Below, piece after piece: positions 37,877 through 48,610 of a DNA stretch of 64,000 nucleotides. The number at the start of each line of letters is the position of its first letter. Position 1 is the first letter of the stretch. The DNA is from Clostridiales bacterium (GTDB lineage: Bacteria > Bacillota > Clostridia > Saccharofermentanales > Saccharofermentanaceae), in contig JAFWDK010000006.1 in assembly GCA_017513085.1 (NCBI GenBank), positions 1 through 64,000 on the forward strand, given 5' to 3'. Position numbers and translations under genes: made by a program. Below the pieces are notes generated by a model. It had not been told where the DNA came from. It saw only the letters and a program-made list of their open reading frames with translations, and did not search any database.

Positions 37877-39169
37877 TTACAAAAGTTTTAATCGGAGCAC
37901 AACGACCATTCCGCCGTCGCGGTTCAGGCAGGTGATCTCACCGCCCATTTTCTCCATAAAATAGCGGGAAATATAAAGTCCCAGACCCGTGCCATCCTTT
38001 CCCTGTGCATTCGAACCGCGCTTGAATTTTCCGAATATCGTCTCAATTTCTTCCTCCGGCACGCCGCCGCCCTTGTCCCCGATCTCGATCACCAGGAAAC
38101 GTACGCCGTCAATTCCCGTTTCACACCGGCTGGTCACGGCCATCTCCGTATCCGCATATTTATAGGAATTGGAAAAGATGTTATTGATGACTTGATTTAA
38201 GCGGAGCGGATCCGCCTGGACCACAGAATCCTCGATTTTGAACCTCCCTACTTTATGTTTATGGTCGGCTTCCGAAATGAAATGAGAAATGTCGTTTGAG
38301 GTCACCTCACCAAGTTTCACTTCCAGATGTTCCAATTCTTCCAAAGTCGCATGGAAAAGGTTCGACACCAGACTGTCGATCTGGTCGGCCTTCGCATTGA
38401 TGCTGCGGATCGTCGTCTTCTCTTCTTCGCTCTTTGCCGAAAGCTCCATCACATCGGCCATCGCCTTGATGGACGTCACCGGAGTCTTAATGTCGTGCGA
38501 AAGCTGCGCCACGAGTTCTTTTCGCGCCTGCACCGCTTCCGCCTCACGAAGCTTACTTGCCCGAAGCTCGTCTCTCATGATGTCAAAAGCACCCGTAAAT
38601 GCACCGAAGACGTTCCCTTTGTCCATTTTCATCGGAGCATCCAGATTACCGGCCGCGACCTCCGTCGCGAAGTCTTTCATCTTGTCAAAAGGATCCACGA
38701 CACGCTTTTTCAGATAGAGAAAATACACGACCGAAACCGCCAGCATCAGCAGGAGAAATCCGCCTACCAGCATCGCGATCGTGCGGTTTCTACGGACCTG
38801 TTGTTCCTGGTAGTTGTTATGTACGATGAGTTTTCCCACGACGCTGCCGTCCTCTGTCGCGATATCGCGGACCGCATCATAATGGGTCGTGGCCGCCGAA
38901 ACAGAAGTAGACATTTTCTCTTTCGAATAAACAAGAAGATTCCCTTCGTCATCGATGACAGCATAGTCGAAAGGCCGGTCACTCTCAATCTTTTCCTTCT
39001 TGTGAAGTTTCGTCTCATCCCAGTTCTTGCCGAGCGCAATCACCAGACGGTTGATCTCCGTCGGATAGGAATCGATCTCGCGTACGCCGAGATTACCGAT
39101 GTACACACCGGCCAGAATGATCAGGGTCAGAAAGAATGCAATATAAAGGAGAAAAGATCGGAGTTTCAC
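37877..39169 (-). CDS. HAMP-domain sensor histidine kinase
   Basis: SHDIKTP H-box and N/G boxes (NSYKY, DKGGG, GTGLGL); GTG start overlaps the regulator's stop. Confidence 0.95.
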   Translation of the reverse strand: MKLRSFLLYIAFFLTLIILAGVYIGNLGVREIDSYPTEINRLVIALGKNWDETKLHKKEKIESDRPFDYAVIDDEGNLLVYSKEKMSTSVSAATTHYDAVRDIATEDGSVVGKLIVHNNYQEQQVRRNRTIAMLVGGFLLLMLAVSVVYFLYLKKRVVDPFDKMKDFATEVAAGNLDAPMKMDKGNVFGAFTGAFDIMRDELRASKLREAEAVQARKELVAQLSHDIKTPVTSIKAMADVMELSAKSEEEKTTIRSINAKADQIDSLVSNLFHATLEELEHLEVKLGEVTSNDISHFISEADHKHKVGRFKIEDSVVQADPLRLNQVINNIFSNSYKYADTEMAVTSRCETGIDGVRFLVIEIGDKGGGVPEEEIETIFGKFKRGSNAQGKDGTGLGLYISRYFMEKMGGEITCLNRDGGMVVVLRLKLL

Positions 39170-39867
39170 GGTACATCCTCCAGGATGAATCCGCTTCCCC
39201 ATACCGTCTTAATGTGGACCGGGTTACTCGGATCTTCTTCGATTTTTTCACGCAGATGGCGGATATGAACGTTAAGTGTGACATCCCCCACAAACTCCGA
39301 TCCCCAGATCTTCTCGAAGAATTCCTCTTTCTTGATGATGCGGTCTCTGTTATTGAGCATATAGACCAGAAGACGAAATTCCATCGCCTTAAGCGGCAGT
39401 TTCTCTCCGTCACGGATCACGACCGCCTTTGAAAGATCGATCGTGACTTTTCCGAGTTTCACAAGATTCTTCGGCTCTTCACTTTCCACACTGCTCTTCG
39501 ATTCTTCGTAACGCTTGAGCACCGCTTTCACTTTTGCCAGAAGCACACCAAGTGAATAGGGCTTACAGATATAATCGTCCCCGCCGATAGACAGCGCCAG
39601 GAGCATGTCGTCCTCCGCCTGTCTTGCACTGATGAAAAAGATCGGGACATTCATTTTTGCGCGGAGCATCTGGCACAATTCAAAGCCGGAATCTTCTCCA
39701 AGATTGATGTCCAGAAGGATCAGAGAACAAGTATTTTCAGCAAGGAATTCCAGCGCCGATTTCTGATCCAGCACATACGCCGCCGATACCCCTGACATAT
39801 TGAAATACTTACAGGTATACTCCGAAAGCTCTTGTTCATCGTCCACGATCAGAACGCTGTAATGCAT
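39166..39867 (-). CDS. OmpR-family response regulator
   Basis: VDDE, LLDI, DDYICKP and LNVHIRHLREKIE..TVWG.G. Confidence 0.95.
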   Translation of the reverse strand: MHYSVLIVDDEQELSEYTCKYFNMSGVSAAYVLDQKSALEFLAENTCSLILLDINLGEDSGFELCQMLRAKMNVPIFFISARQAEDDMLLALSIGGDDYICKPYSLGVLLAKVKAVLKRYEESKSSVESEEPKNLVKLGKVTIDLSKAVVIRDGEKLPLKAMEFRLLVYMLNNRDRIIKKEEFFEKIWGSEFVGDVTLNVHIRHLREKIEEDPSNPVHIKTVWGSGFILEDVP

Positions 39868-39887
39868 ATCTTCTCCCCCAAATCAGA

Positions 39888-42329
39888 TCAACCCTGCAAA
39901 GCCTGGTCGATTTCTTCTGCATAACGGACAGTCTCCATTGCATCGCGGCAATATCGGTCTGCACCGATGGCATCCGCATATTCCTGCGTCAGTACGGCGC
40001 CTCCGACACAGACTTTCGCCCAGGGCGCCTGCTCGCGAAGAAGCTTGATCGTCTCTTCCATCGCCGGAACAGTGGTGGTCATCAACGCGGAAAGACCCAC
40101 GATCGGCGCATGGAGACGGATCACTTCGTCCACTACGGTCTGCTCAGGCACATCCTTACCCAGATCGCTGACGGCAAATCCGTAGTTCTCCAGGATCAGT
40201 TTCACAATATTCTTGCCGATGTCATGGATGTCGCCGTGGACCGTTGCGATGACAAAAGCACATCTCTTCGGCCCGTCACCGCCATCTTCCGCCATCAGTT
40301 TCTTCACTTCTTCAAAAGCAGCCTTTGCCGCTTCTGCTGCCATAAGGAGCTGCGGCAGGTACACTTTTTTCTTTTCGAAATCCTCACCCACGATATTGAG
40401 GGCCGGGATCACTTCTTCCTGGATGATCTCCAGTGGTTTCTTCTCGGCCAGCAACGCTTTGGTAAGAGAACCTGTCTTCTCTTTCAATCCACGTACGATG
40501 GCTTTCTGCAGTTCCGAAGCCGGGCCACCCGAGGAAGACGCATCCGCTGCCGGAGCGCCTGCAGGTGCTGCACCCGCTGTGGGAGCCGCCATTGTCGGTG
40601 CCGGAAGATTCTGTGCGTAACTGATATAGTCCATGCAGTTTTCGTCCATGTTATGGAGAGCACGGAAAGCATAGTAGACATTCATCATCTCCTGCGAATA
40701 CGGGTTCATGATCGCCGCGGACAATCCGTCCTGCAAACATAAAGCGAAGAATGTCGAGGTGATGATGTTTCTACTCGGAAGTCCAAAAGAAACATTGGAA
40801 ATACCCAATGATGTATTGACCCCGAGATTGTGGCGGATCTTATGCACCGCCTGCATCGTGGCCAGGGCCGCGGTCGTATCTGCGGAGATCGTCATCGCCA
40901 GCGGGTCGAAGATCAGGTCTTTTTTTGCGATACCATAATCGGCCGCCCGCTTGATGATCTTCTCGGCGATCGCCACACGTTCTTCTGCCGTATCCGGAAT
41001 ACCGCCTTCATCGATCGTCAGAGCTACGACAAAACCGCCGTACTTGGCAACGAGCGGAAAGATGACACTCATGACTTCTTCTTTACCATTAACAGAATTG
41101 ACCATGGCCTTGCCATTATACGCACGAAGTCCTGCCTCCATCGCCACCGGATCCGTAGTATCCAGCTGAAGAGGAAGATCCGTTACAGCCTGCAGTTCTT
41201 TGACCGCACGAAGGAGAAACGCCGGCTCGTCGATTTCCGGCAGACCTACGTTTACGTCCAGGAGCTGCACGCCCGCATCCTGCTGTTTCAGAGCTTCACT
41301 CAGAATATAGTCGATATCGTTTTCACGCAGAGCCTGCTGGAAGCGCTTCTTACCGGTCGGATTGATACGCTCGCCGATGAGGATCGGGCTTCCGCCGAAT
41401 TCCACAGCCTGAGTATAGGAAGACACCAATGAACGGTTCTTCTCCGTAACCGGAACCGGTGTGATCGTACTTGCCTTTTCCACAACTGCGCGAATATAGT
41501 CCGGCGTCGTGCCACAGCAGCCACCCGCAATACGGATGCCCTTTTCCAGCAGTTTCCCGACCGACTCGGCAAACTCCGGCGGGAACACGTCATAGACGGT
41601 CTTTCCGTTCTCACTTCTCGGAAGACCCGCATTTGGTTTGAGAAGGACCGGAACGGAAGCATATTCGAGGTATTCTTCCATCACGCCCACAAGCTGGTCC
41701 GGACCAAGAGAACAGTTCGCGCCGATGGCATCCGCATGCATGCCTTCGAGCATGGCCACCATGGCTGCCGGACAGGCACCGGTCATCAGTTTTCCATCCG
41801 CGCCATATGCATTGGAAACGAATACCGGAAGATCCGAATTCTCCTTCGCCGCCAGAAGCGCGGCTTTCGTATCGTAACTATCGTTCATGGTCTCGATGAA
41901 GATCAGATCTACGCCGGCCTTCACACCGAAACACACGGTCTTACTGTACATCGCCACCGCGTCTTCGAATTCATAATCACCGTATGGTTTTAAAAGCTTA
42001 CCGAGAGAACCGATATCCAGCGCCACAAACTTTTCCTGTGTGCCTGTGCTCTGCCGTGCCGCTTCGCGGGCATTCTCCACGGCCGCCTTGATCAGGGTTT
42101 CCAGTTCTTCGTCATCAAATTTCAGACCATTGGCACCGAAAGTATTACTGAGAACGACATTTGAACCTGCATCGTAGTAGGATTTCTGGATCCGGATGAT
42201 TTCCTCCGGACGGCTGACATTCCATCGTTCCGGAAGTTCTCCAGGTTGAAGTCCCGCTTCCTGAAGAAGCGTACCCATACCGCCATCGAGAAACAGAAAA
42301 TGGTCTTTCATGTAGTCGAGAATATTCAT
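39888..42329 (-). CDS. metH: B12-dependent methionine synthase core (Hcy-binding, pterin and cobalamin domains; no reactivation domain)
   Basis: DGGMGT, GANC, GGCCGT, IGERINPTG and DIHDIGKN. Confidence 0.93.
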   Translation of the reverse strand: MNILDYMKDHFLFLDGGMGTLLQEAGLQPGELPERWNVSRPEEIIRIQKSYYDAGSNVVLSNTFGANGLKFDDEELETLIKAAVENAREAARQSTGTQEKFVALDIGSLGKLLKPYGDYEFEDAVAMYSKTVCFGVKAGVDLIFIETMNDSYDTKAALLAAKENSDLPVFVSNAYGADGKLMTGACPAAMVAMLEGMHADAIGANCSLGPDQLVGVMEEYLEYASVPVLLKPNAGLPRSENGKTVYDVFPPEFAESVGKLLEKGIRIAGGCCGTTPDYIRAVVEKASTITPVPVTEKNRSLVSSYTQAVEFGGSPILIGERINPTGKKRFQQALRENDIDYILSEALKQQDAGVQLLDVNVGLPEIDEPAFLLRAVKELQAVTDLPLQLDTTDPVAMEAGLRAYNGKAMVNSVNGKEEVMSVIFPLVAKYGGFVVALTIDEGGIPDTAEERVAIAEKIIKRAADYGIAKKDLIFDPLAMTISADTTAALATMQAVHKIRHNLGVNTSLGISNVSFGLPSRNIITSTFFALCLQDGLSAAIMNPYSQEMMNVYYAFRALHNMDENCMDYISYAQNLPAPTMAAPTAGAAPAGAPAADASSSGGPASELQKAIVRGLKEKTGSLTKALLAEKKPLEIIQEEVIPALNIVGEDFEKKKVYLPQLLMAAEAAKAAFEEVKKLMAEDGGDGPKRCAFVIATVHGDIHDIGKNIVKLILENYGFAVSDLGKDVPEQTVVDEVIRLHAPIVGLSALMTTTVPAMEETIKLLREQAPWAKVCVGGAVLTQEYADAIGADRYCRDAMETVRYAEEIDQALQG

Positions 42330-42453
42330 GCCGCGCACCCCTATGAGATCGTTATGCGGAAATTGTACCACAAATAGCGTCAATATAGTTGCAAAGTGTC
42401 ACAGCAATAAACAAAGAGAATCTTGTTCCGAAAAACTATAGGCATCGTGTACA

Positions 42454-44902
42454 TTACGCTCTTTCCTGAACCACCAGTTTCGCCCTCTTCTCGATATTCT
42501 TGATCACTTTATCGAGGGACTGCTGTCCGTTAAAATAGGCGTTCGCTTCTTCCACTACGATACCCATGATGTTTGTATCGTATTTCATACCTGTCTGCAC
42601 TTTTTCGACGAATGCAGGGAAATCCTTGATTCGATCCATTTCCAAGCCGGCGGTACCTGTGACCCCCAGGCTTTTGGAAGATTCAAAGTCGGCTATTTCC
42701 TTCTCAATATTCTTATTCAGAGCTTCACGGTTGACCGGTATATTCCGGGGGCATATTTCGTTGGGTCTTCTCATCAAGAAGACTTTTCACGAAACTCCAC
42801 GCCTCTTCCGGATAGGCACAGCACTTGCTGATCGACACGGAGACCAGGGTATCCATCAACATACCCTCGCCGGACTCCGGATATCCGCACAGTCTGAGAT
42901 GATCCTGCCCCATAGAAAGATGAGATACATAATTTTCACCACTTTCCACCGATGTCTCCATCATGGCGACCAGACCTCTCTTCAATTTCGCTTCCGGAAG
43001 CATCTGACTGACCGGAGCATCTGCATCATCCATATACATCGTCGGCATCTGATCCATACTCACCGCATATGTCTTCACAAATTCCATCATCTGCCGGAAT
43101 TCATCGGTATCGAAATGAACTTCCTGCTTTTCGTAATCCACGAAACGGGTAATGCTACTTGCCAAGAACGAAGAGAGCAACATTGTGCGTTCTGTTTCCG
43201 GCAGCATCTGCACATCCTGAGGAAGCGAGGCAATGGCCGAATAGATATCCTGCCATGTCATGCTTTCTTTTTCCTCCAGGAATTGATTATTATATTCCAT
43301 TCCGGTTAAGACGAACATAAGCGGAAGGCGATAAAGCTTCCCGTTCTTTTCCGCGGCATGGAAGATATTATCGAAATACTTCGTTCTGTCGATATCCTTA
43401 TCTTTATCGATAAGTGTGTTCAGATCCAGCAATACATTATCTCTCTCGTACTGGAGGCTGGATCCGAAATTAATAAGGATGTCCGGACCCTGGCCGTTTA
43501 CCAGGTCGATATACACCTGATCTTCAATAGCCGAAACCGATCCGTTGTATTTGTTCGCGAAAGTGGTCAGCCACGAGATGGAAAAGTCCGTCAGAAAAAT
43601 GCGACTCTTCTTTGTCGTATCCCTGTTATAATCCACGATGGAATTATAGAGAGCATCATTGTCCGTGTCGATTCCCATAGCAGAAAGGTATCTCTTACCC
43701 ACATGAGGATTCTTCGCGGCTTTCTTCAGATGCTGTACATAGAAGCGGTAGACCTCCTGAAAACTCTCCGCTTTCGGCGACTGATCCTCATCGAATTTCA
43801 TCTCGACAGCAAAATAGTATTCATCATCCGAAACAATCTTCAAAGAATCCGAAAGGATCTCTCCGCGGTAGCAATCCGTCTGATTCCAAGGAATGACAAC
43901 GGTATACTCTCCGCTTTGGAGATCGATCCTGCTTAATCCGGTCGTTGTGTTCATGTATATGTCGTTTTTCCCGCGGATAATATTCTCTTGCTCGCCATAT
44001 TCGAAAGGCCATTCATATTTACCTTCCAGGTACTTACCTGTATCCAGATCAATTTCACTGAATTCATATTTGATTGGATTGCCCGCGGACATAGATTCCG
44101 TCAAGCGATAAAACTTTCCATCGATTTTATACTGACCGCCCCTATCATGTGACCGTGAAAAAGATGTCACAATTCCGTCCGAACCAATCTGACATGTAAA
44201 TCCGGCGCCATCCAGGATCAGATTTCCATTCGGCGTGTACATGCAGTTACTTACATACTGGATCTCCTCTTCAAAAGAAAGCATGTTGACCAGTTCCTTA
44301 GGATCGGAAAGTGTAAGCGTATTGGACAGTTCCATTGAATCCGACAATTCACTGATCTTCGCCACGGAATCCTCCGCGTACAGCACCATTGTCTGTCCAT
44401 TCGGACCTTCGAAAACACACGACGGTTCGAACTGTGTACCGGCCTTTCTTGTCGTAACGAGATTTCCCTTCAGGTCAAAGGCAGCCAGCATGCTCACGTC
44501 TTTTTCCAGAACGATTTTCTCGATTCTTTCCGCTTCTTCGTCACTCAGTTTCTTCTTACCAAGGATATGCTATTTCCACTTTTCTGCGGTCTCATCGTCG
44601 ATTGCATAAGAATCATCGAAATATGCGAAAATACGGTTTTGGGAAATATACATATTGTTGATCCATCGACCCACAAGTATCCTGTCTTTTTCCAGCGGGA
44701 TCTCGAGTTGGAATTCTTCCAGTTCGTAGAAGGGATCGCTCTCCTGAATGACCTGCCCGCTTGCCACGGCAGACCGCACAGCGTCCCTTGCTGCTGTCTT
44801 AGCTTGATCGTCTGTTTTTCCGCCTTTTTTACATGCAACCGAAGACAGGATCACCGCAAGACTGATACTTAGTGCCAAAATACTCTTCGTGAATCGTTTC
44901 AT
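42454..44902 (-). pseudogene. Large extracellular solute-binding lipoprotein broken by an in-frame TAG and a +1 frameshift
   Basis: Lipobox SVAC. The TAG at 44570-44572 is in frame with ORF 42725-44497. Deleting one base from the G5/C5 run at 42747-42751 joins the last fragment, giving about 815 aa. Confidence 0.85.
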
Positions 44903-44976
44903 AACTATTCCTCTCAAACCAACATTTCCCATTTTTATTTTATGTTAAAAACGTGGAACGAGCACTAAGAGATTTG

Positions 44977-45669
44977 TCATATATTAATTCTTTGGATGAG
45001 GGATGATTTCTTGATCCCGATGATCGCCGTGACACTCTTACTTGGCGCCATCAGGCAAGACTCGGAAAGTGTGATCCCGAGCCTTCTTTCGGCATCCAGA
45101 AGCGGAAGAAACACACGCTGCACTTCAATAGGAAGGTCACCATATCCCGGTGAATAACGCCAGTTTGTACTTCCACCGAGTTTTTCCGCACATGCCTTTA
45201 CTTCCGCGTCAAAAGCATCACACAGCGATTCTACACGTTCTGCCCCAAGTCCCTGAAGCAGAAGACCCAGCTTGGGGTCAGCTTTTTCGTATCTTCGGAT
45301 CAGGCGGTCGATCCCGGATCCGATCGTCGCGGCAAAGAGCACTACTTTCGAAGCCCCTTCAAGATTCTTTTTCAATTTTTCGGATTTCTGTTCAAACGGA
45401 AGGATCGGGAAACCATCCTCTCCCCATTCAAGCGGCACGACAACAAATCCCACCCGGAAAGAAAGCACACCGGAAACCAGAGACAGTGCTTTTTCCATAG
45501 AATCAGCAAGTTCCGGATCTTTTGCCGCATTCTCCTGTTCATAGACAGGAATACAGGAATAACGAAGCCACTCCGTCACGTTGACCGAAGGAGTTTCGTA
45601 ATCGAGATATTGTGGAATCGTCTTTGTTTCCGAGGTCAGTGCCTCTTCAAGAATCGTGGTCCGGTCCAT
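44977..45669 (-). CDS. Stand-alone methionine synthase reactivation (AdoMet) domain protein
   Basis: LFAATIG, RYSPGYGD and MAPSKSVTAIIG. Confidence 0.9.
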   Translation of the reverse strand: MDRTTILEEALTSETKTIPQYLDYETPSVNVTEWLRYSCIPVYEQENAAKDPELADSMEKALSLVSGVLSFRVGFVVVPLEWGEDGFPILPFEQKSEKLKKNLEGASKVVLFAATIGSGIDRLIRRYEKADPKLGLLLQGLGAERVESLCDAFDAEVKACAEKLGGSTNWRYSPGYGDLPIEVQRVFLPLLDAERRLGITLSESCLMAPSKSVTAIIGIKKSSLIQRINI

Positions 45670-45678
45670 AGAAGATCC

Positions 45679-46572
45679 TTACTTGATGCCATAATCTTTC
45701 CAGAGAATATTGGAAAGATTGTTCATGATCGCTTCTGCCACATCAGGTTTATTCATGGAGTACACATGCACATTCGTCACACCGTTTGCATACAGATCGA
45801 TGATTTGATCCGTTGCATACGCAATGCCGGCCTGCTTCATGGATTCCGGATCCTGTCCGAAATAATCCACGATGGCCTTGAATCGCTGCGGCATGAAGGA
45901 GCCGCTCAGCTTGATCGCCTTCTCCACCTGGATCGCATTCGTGATCGGCATGATCCCCGGAACGACCGGAACCATAATACCGGCCTCGCGGATCTTGTAC
46001 AGGAAGTTATAGAAAAGATTGTTATCGAAGACCATCTGGCTGACCAGGAAATCTGCGCCGGCTTCGACCTTCTCCTTCAGATGCTGAATATCTTCGTGCT
46101 GGTTCGGACTCTCCGGATGCACTTCCGGGTAGCATGCGCCGCCAATACAGAAATCGTACCCGCTTTCCTTGATCTCCCGGATCAGCTCCACCGCATGACG
46201 GTAGTCCCATGTGGAACGATCCGTCTGCTCGAGTTCCGGCGTCAGGTCTCCCCGGAGCGCCATGATGTTCTGGATCCCCAGGCTATGTATCTCTTCGATC
46301 TTGGCATGGATAGTCTCTCTCGAACTGGACACGCAGGTCAGATGCGCCATCGTCGGCACGCCATGTTTCTCTTCGATCGTCTTGGCAATATCCAATGTAT
46401 AGCGGCTGGTACCTCCACCGGCACCGTACGTCACACTCATGAACGCCGGCCTACTCTCGGCGATCTTCTCGGTAGTCTCCTTCACGCTCTCGAAACTCGT
46501 TTCCTTCTTCGGCGGAAACACTTCGAAAGATAAGGACATATTCTTCTTATTCAGGATGTCGATGATCTTCAT
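45679..46572 (-). CDS. metF: Methylenetetrahydrofolate reductase
   Basis: SFEVFPPK, SVTYGAGG, AHLTC, ALRGD and YPEVH. Confidence 0.96.
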   Translation of the reverse strand: MKIIDILNKKNMSLSFEVFPPKKETSFESVKETTEKIAESRPAFMSVTYGAGGGTSRYTLDIAKTIEEKHGVPTMAHLTCVSSSRETIHAKIEEIHSLGIQNIMALRGDLTPELEQTDRSTWDYRHAVELIREIKESGYDFCIGGACYPEVHPESPNQHEDIQHLKEKVEAGADFLVSQMVFDNNLFYNFLYKIREAGIMVPVVPGIMPITNAIQVEKAIKLSGSFMPQRFKAIVDYFGQDPESMKQAGIAYATDQIIDLYANGVTNVHVYSMNKPDVAEAIMNNLSNILWKDYGIK

Positions 46573-46620
46573 GTTACAAAACTACCTCGCTTCGTTCGTG
46601 CTGTCAGAGATGACCCTATA

Positions 46621-46649
46621 ATTTTAGTGCCTGAACCACGTTTCGGCAA
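46621..46649 (-). promoter_or_regulatory. Sigma-A promoter of metF
   Basis: TTGCCG-17-TAAAAT. Confidence 0.6.
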
Positions 46650-46689
46650 CAGTTTTCTGCAACATACCGAGCGAGCCGCTCCACCACTG

Positions 46690-48213
46690 TCACATCTCCA
46701 CTACCTTAGTCCCCAGTTTCTCCCGGAACCGCACATCATGTTCCACGATCAGCATGGTCGGTGCATACGTCGAAATCAATTTCTCCAGTTGCATCCTCGA
46801 GAACACATCCACATAGTTGAGCGGCTCGTCCCAGATATATAGATGTGCCGGTGTCAGAAGGCTCGTAGCGATCAGGACCTTCTTCTTCTGTCCTTCCGAA
46901 AACTCTTCGATCTTCTTATCGAACTGCGCCTGTTCCAGCGCCAGACAGCGAAGCACAGAAAGGAAAAGACTATAGTCGACTTTATTCTCAAAGGCATGCA
47001 TCCGAAGATCCCCATGAAGATGCGAGGTATCCTGATTCATATATGAGATCACAAGATTGCTCGCCACTTCCAGTCTCCCAGAAATCACGAAATCGTCCTC
47101 GACCGGATATCCCGCTTCCCGCAGCACCGCCTTGATCAAGCTGGTCTTTCCGCATCCGTTTCCACCGTTGAGAAACACACGATCCCCTTGCTTGATTTCC
47201 AGATTCAGGCCTGTAAAAACCGGCTCCGAAGCGTCCTCATACGCAAGAGAAAGATCGCGCGCTTCCACCAGTCTCTCCTTATAGTGCTCAAGCGGCTGGA
47301 TCCGAAGATCCCGGACCTGTTCCACATCCTGCAGCAGTCCTTCTTTCTCCCTTATATTCTTCTCCATTCGCTGCTCGAAGACCTTGACTCGCGCTTCCAT
47401 CTTCTTCGTCTTCGCACCAACATACGATCTGGTAGCTATGCTCCGGTCATGTTCCTTGATCGGGTCGAACCCGATCTTCGTGTTCTCCCCCTTTGTCGCC
47501 CACCGCTGGCTCTGATCCATCGCGCCCTTCAGGCGTCCGATCTCCTTGAGATGCTTCTCGTTTTCCGCTCTGGCGAATGCATCCGCCCGCTCTTTATTCT
47601 CCCACCAGGAACTGAAATTTCCCGTCTGCACCTCGATAGTCGTACGATTCAGGACCAGCACATGATCCACGCACGCATCCAGCAGATCCCGGTCATGCGA
47701 CACCAGGATAAAACCCTTCTTCCCGGCCAGGTATCCTTTCACGATCTCTCTGGCTTCCCGATCCAGATGATTCGTCGGCTCATCGATCAGAAGGAAATCA
47801 TTTTCCCCGGCAAAAAGCACCGCCAGCATGACTTTCGTCCTTTCACCGAAGCTGAGCGTCCCGAAAGGCCGGTACAGAAGTTCCGCATCTACGCCTAACT
47901 CCGAAAGCTCACACATCACGCGCCAGTTTTCCACTCCGGGCTTCCAGATCTCCATCAGTTCATCCGCCGTTTTCGCCTGTTCCTGCACGCTGATTTTGTA
48001 CGGAAAATAATCGCAACGCACATCGCTCTTGATACTTCCGCTATATTCATATTTTCCGAGCAGAAGATTCAGGAATGTGGTTTTTCCCTTGCCGTTCCGC
48101 CCGATAAACCCCAGTTTCCAGTCCGTATCCACAGTAAAAGAAACATGCTCGAAGATCGGATCGAAACTGCTTTCATAAGAGAAAGAAAGATCGTTTACTC
48201 TGATTTGTGCCAT
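46690..48213 (-). CDS. ABC-F ribosomal protection protein, Lsa-like
   Basis: FTVDTDWKLGFIGRNGKGKTTFLNLLLGKYEYSG is characteristic of the Lsa family; two ABC domains, no TM segments. Confidence 0.88.
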   Translation of the reverse strand: MAQIRVNDLSFSYESSFDPIFEHVSFTVDTDWKLGFIGRNGKGKTTFLNLLLGKYEYSGSIKSDVRCDYFPYKISVQEQAKTADELMEIWKPGVENWRVMCELSELGVDAELLYRPFGTLSFGERTKVMLAVLFAGENDFLLIDEPTNHLDREAREIVKGYLAGKKGFILVSHDRDLLDACVDHVLVLNRTTIEVQTGNFSSWWENKERADAFARAENEKHLKEIGRLKGAMDQSQRWATKGENTKIGFDPIKEHDRSIATRSYVGAKTKKMEARVKVFEQRMEKNIREKEGLLQDVEQVRDLRIQPLEHYKERLVEARDLSLAYEDASEPVFTGLNLEIKQGDRVFLNGGNGCGKTSLIKAVLREAGYPVEDDFVISGRLEVASNLVISYMNQDTSHLHGDLRMHAFENKVDYSLFLSVLRCLALEQAQFDKKIEEFSEGQKKKVLIATSLLTPAHLYIWDEPLNYVDVFSRMQLEKLISTYAPTMLIVEHDVRFREKLGTKVVEM

Positions 48214-48282
48214 ATATATGCCTCTTTCTGCCTGAGGATCCACGGTCCCGGGTGCAAGTCCTTCTGCCACCGCCAAGCCAAC

Positions 48283-48559
48283 AAAAAAGCCCGTTCCTAC
48301 GCACGCAGAAACAGACTCACACGATCTTTCTTCTTAAAAGATAGAAACAATGTCGCGATGATTCCATGAAAGCGCACACAAGAAGACCTCGTCTCAGGTC
48401 TTTACCATTCAATGTGTATCCTTCCCAAATCATCACTTTCTCATTGGTCTACCCACACGCGAAACCGCGCTCTTTCTTTCAAATTCCGGAGCGTCCGTAT
48501 CAGCCAAAATACTCGCACCCTATTACTTCGATACTATCACGAGGTGCGGCACTTGGCAA
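48283..48559 (-). promoter_or_regulatory. Promoter, uORF-containing leader and attenuator terminator of the ABC-F gene
   Basis: TTGCCA-17-TAGTAT (48559-48531); a leader of about 310 nt with uORFs; hairpin plus U-run at 48318-48283. Confidence 0.75.
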
Positions 48560-48610
48560 TAGACGTATGGTATAATGAAAACATCAGATTTTCCTAGGGG
48601 AGGAACACTT

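Noticed and set aside
44570-44572. Pyrrolysine or alternative genetic code at the in-frame TAG
   Set aside because: TAG terminates other genes here, no pyl genes are visible, and the same gene also has a frameshift.
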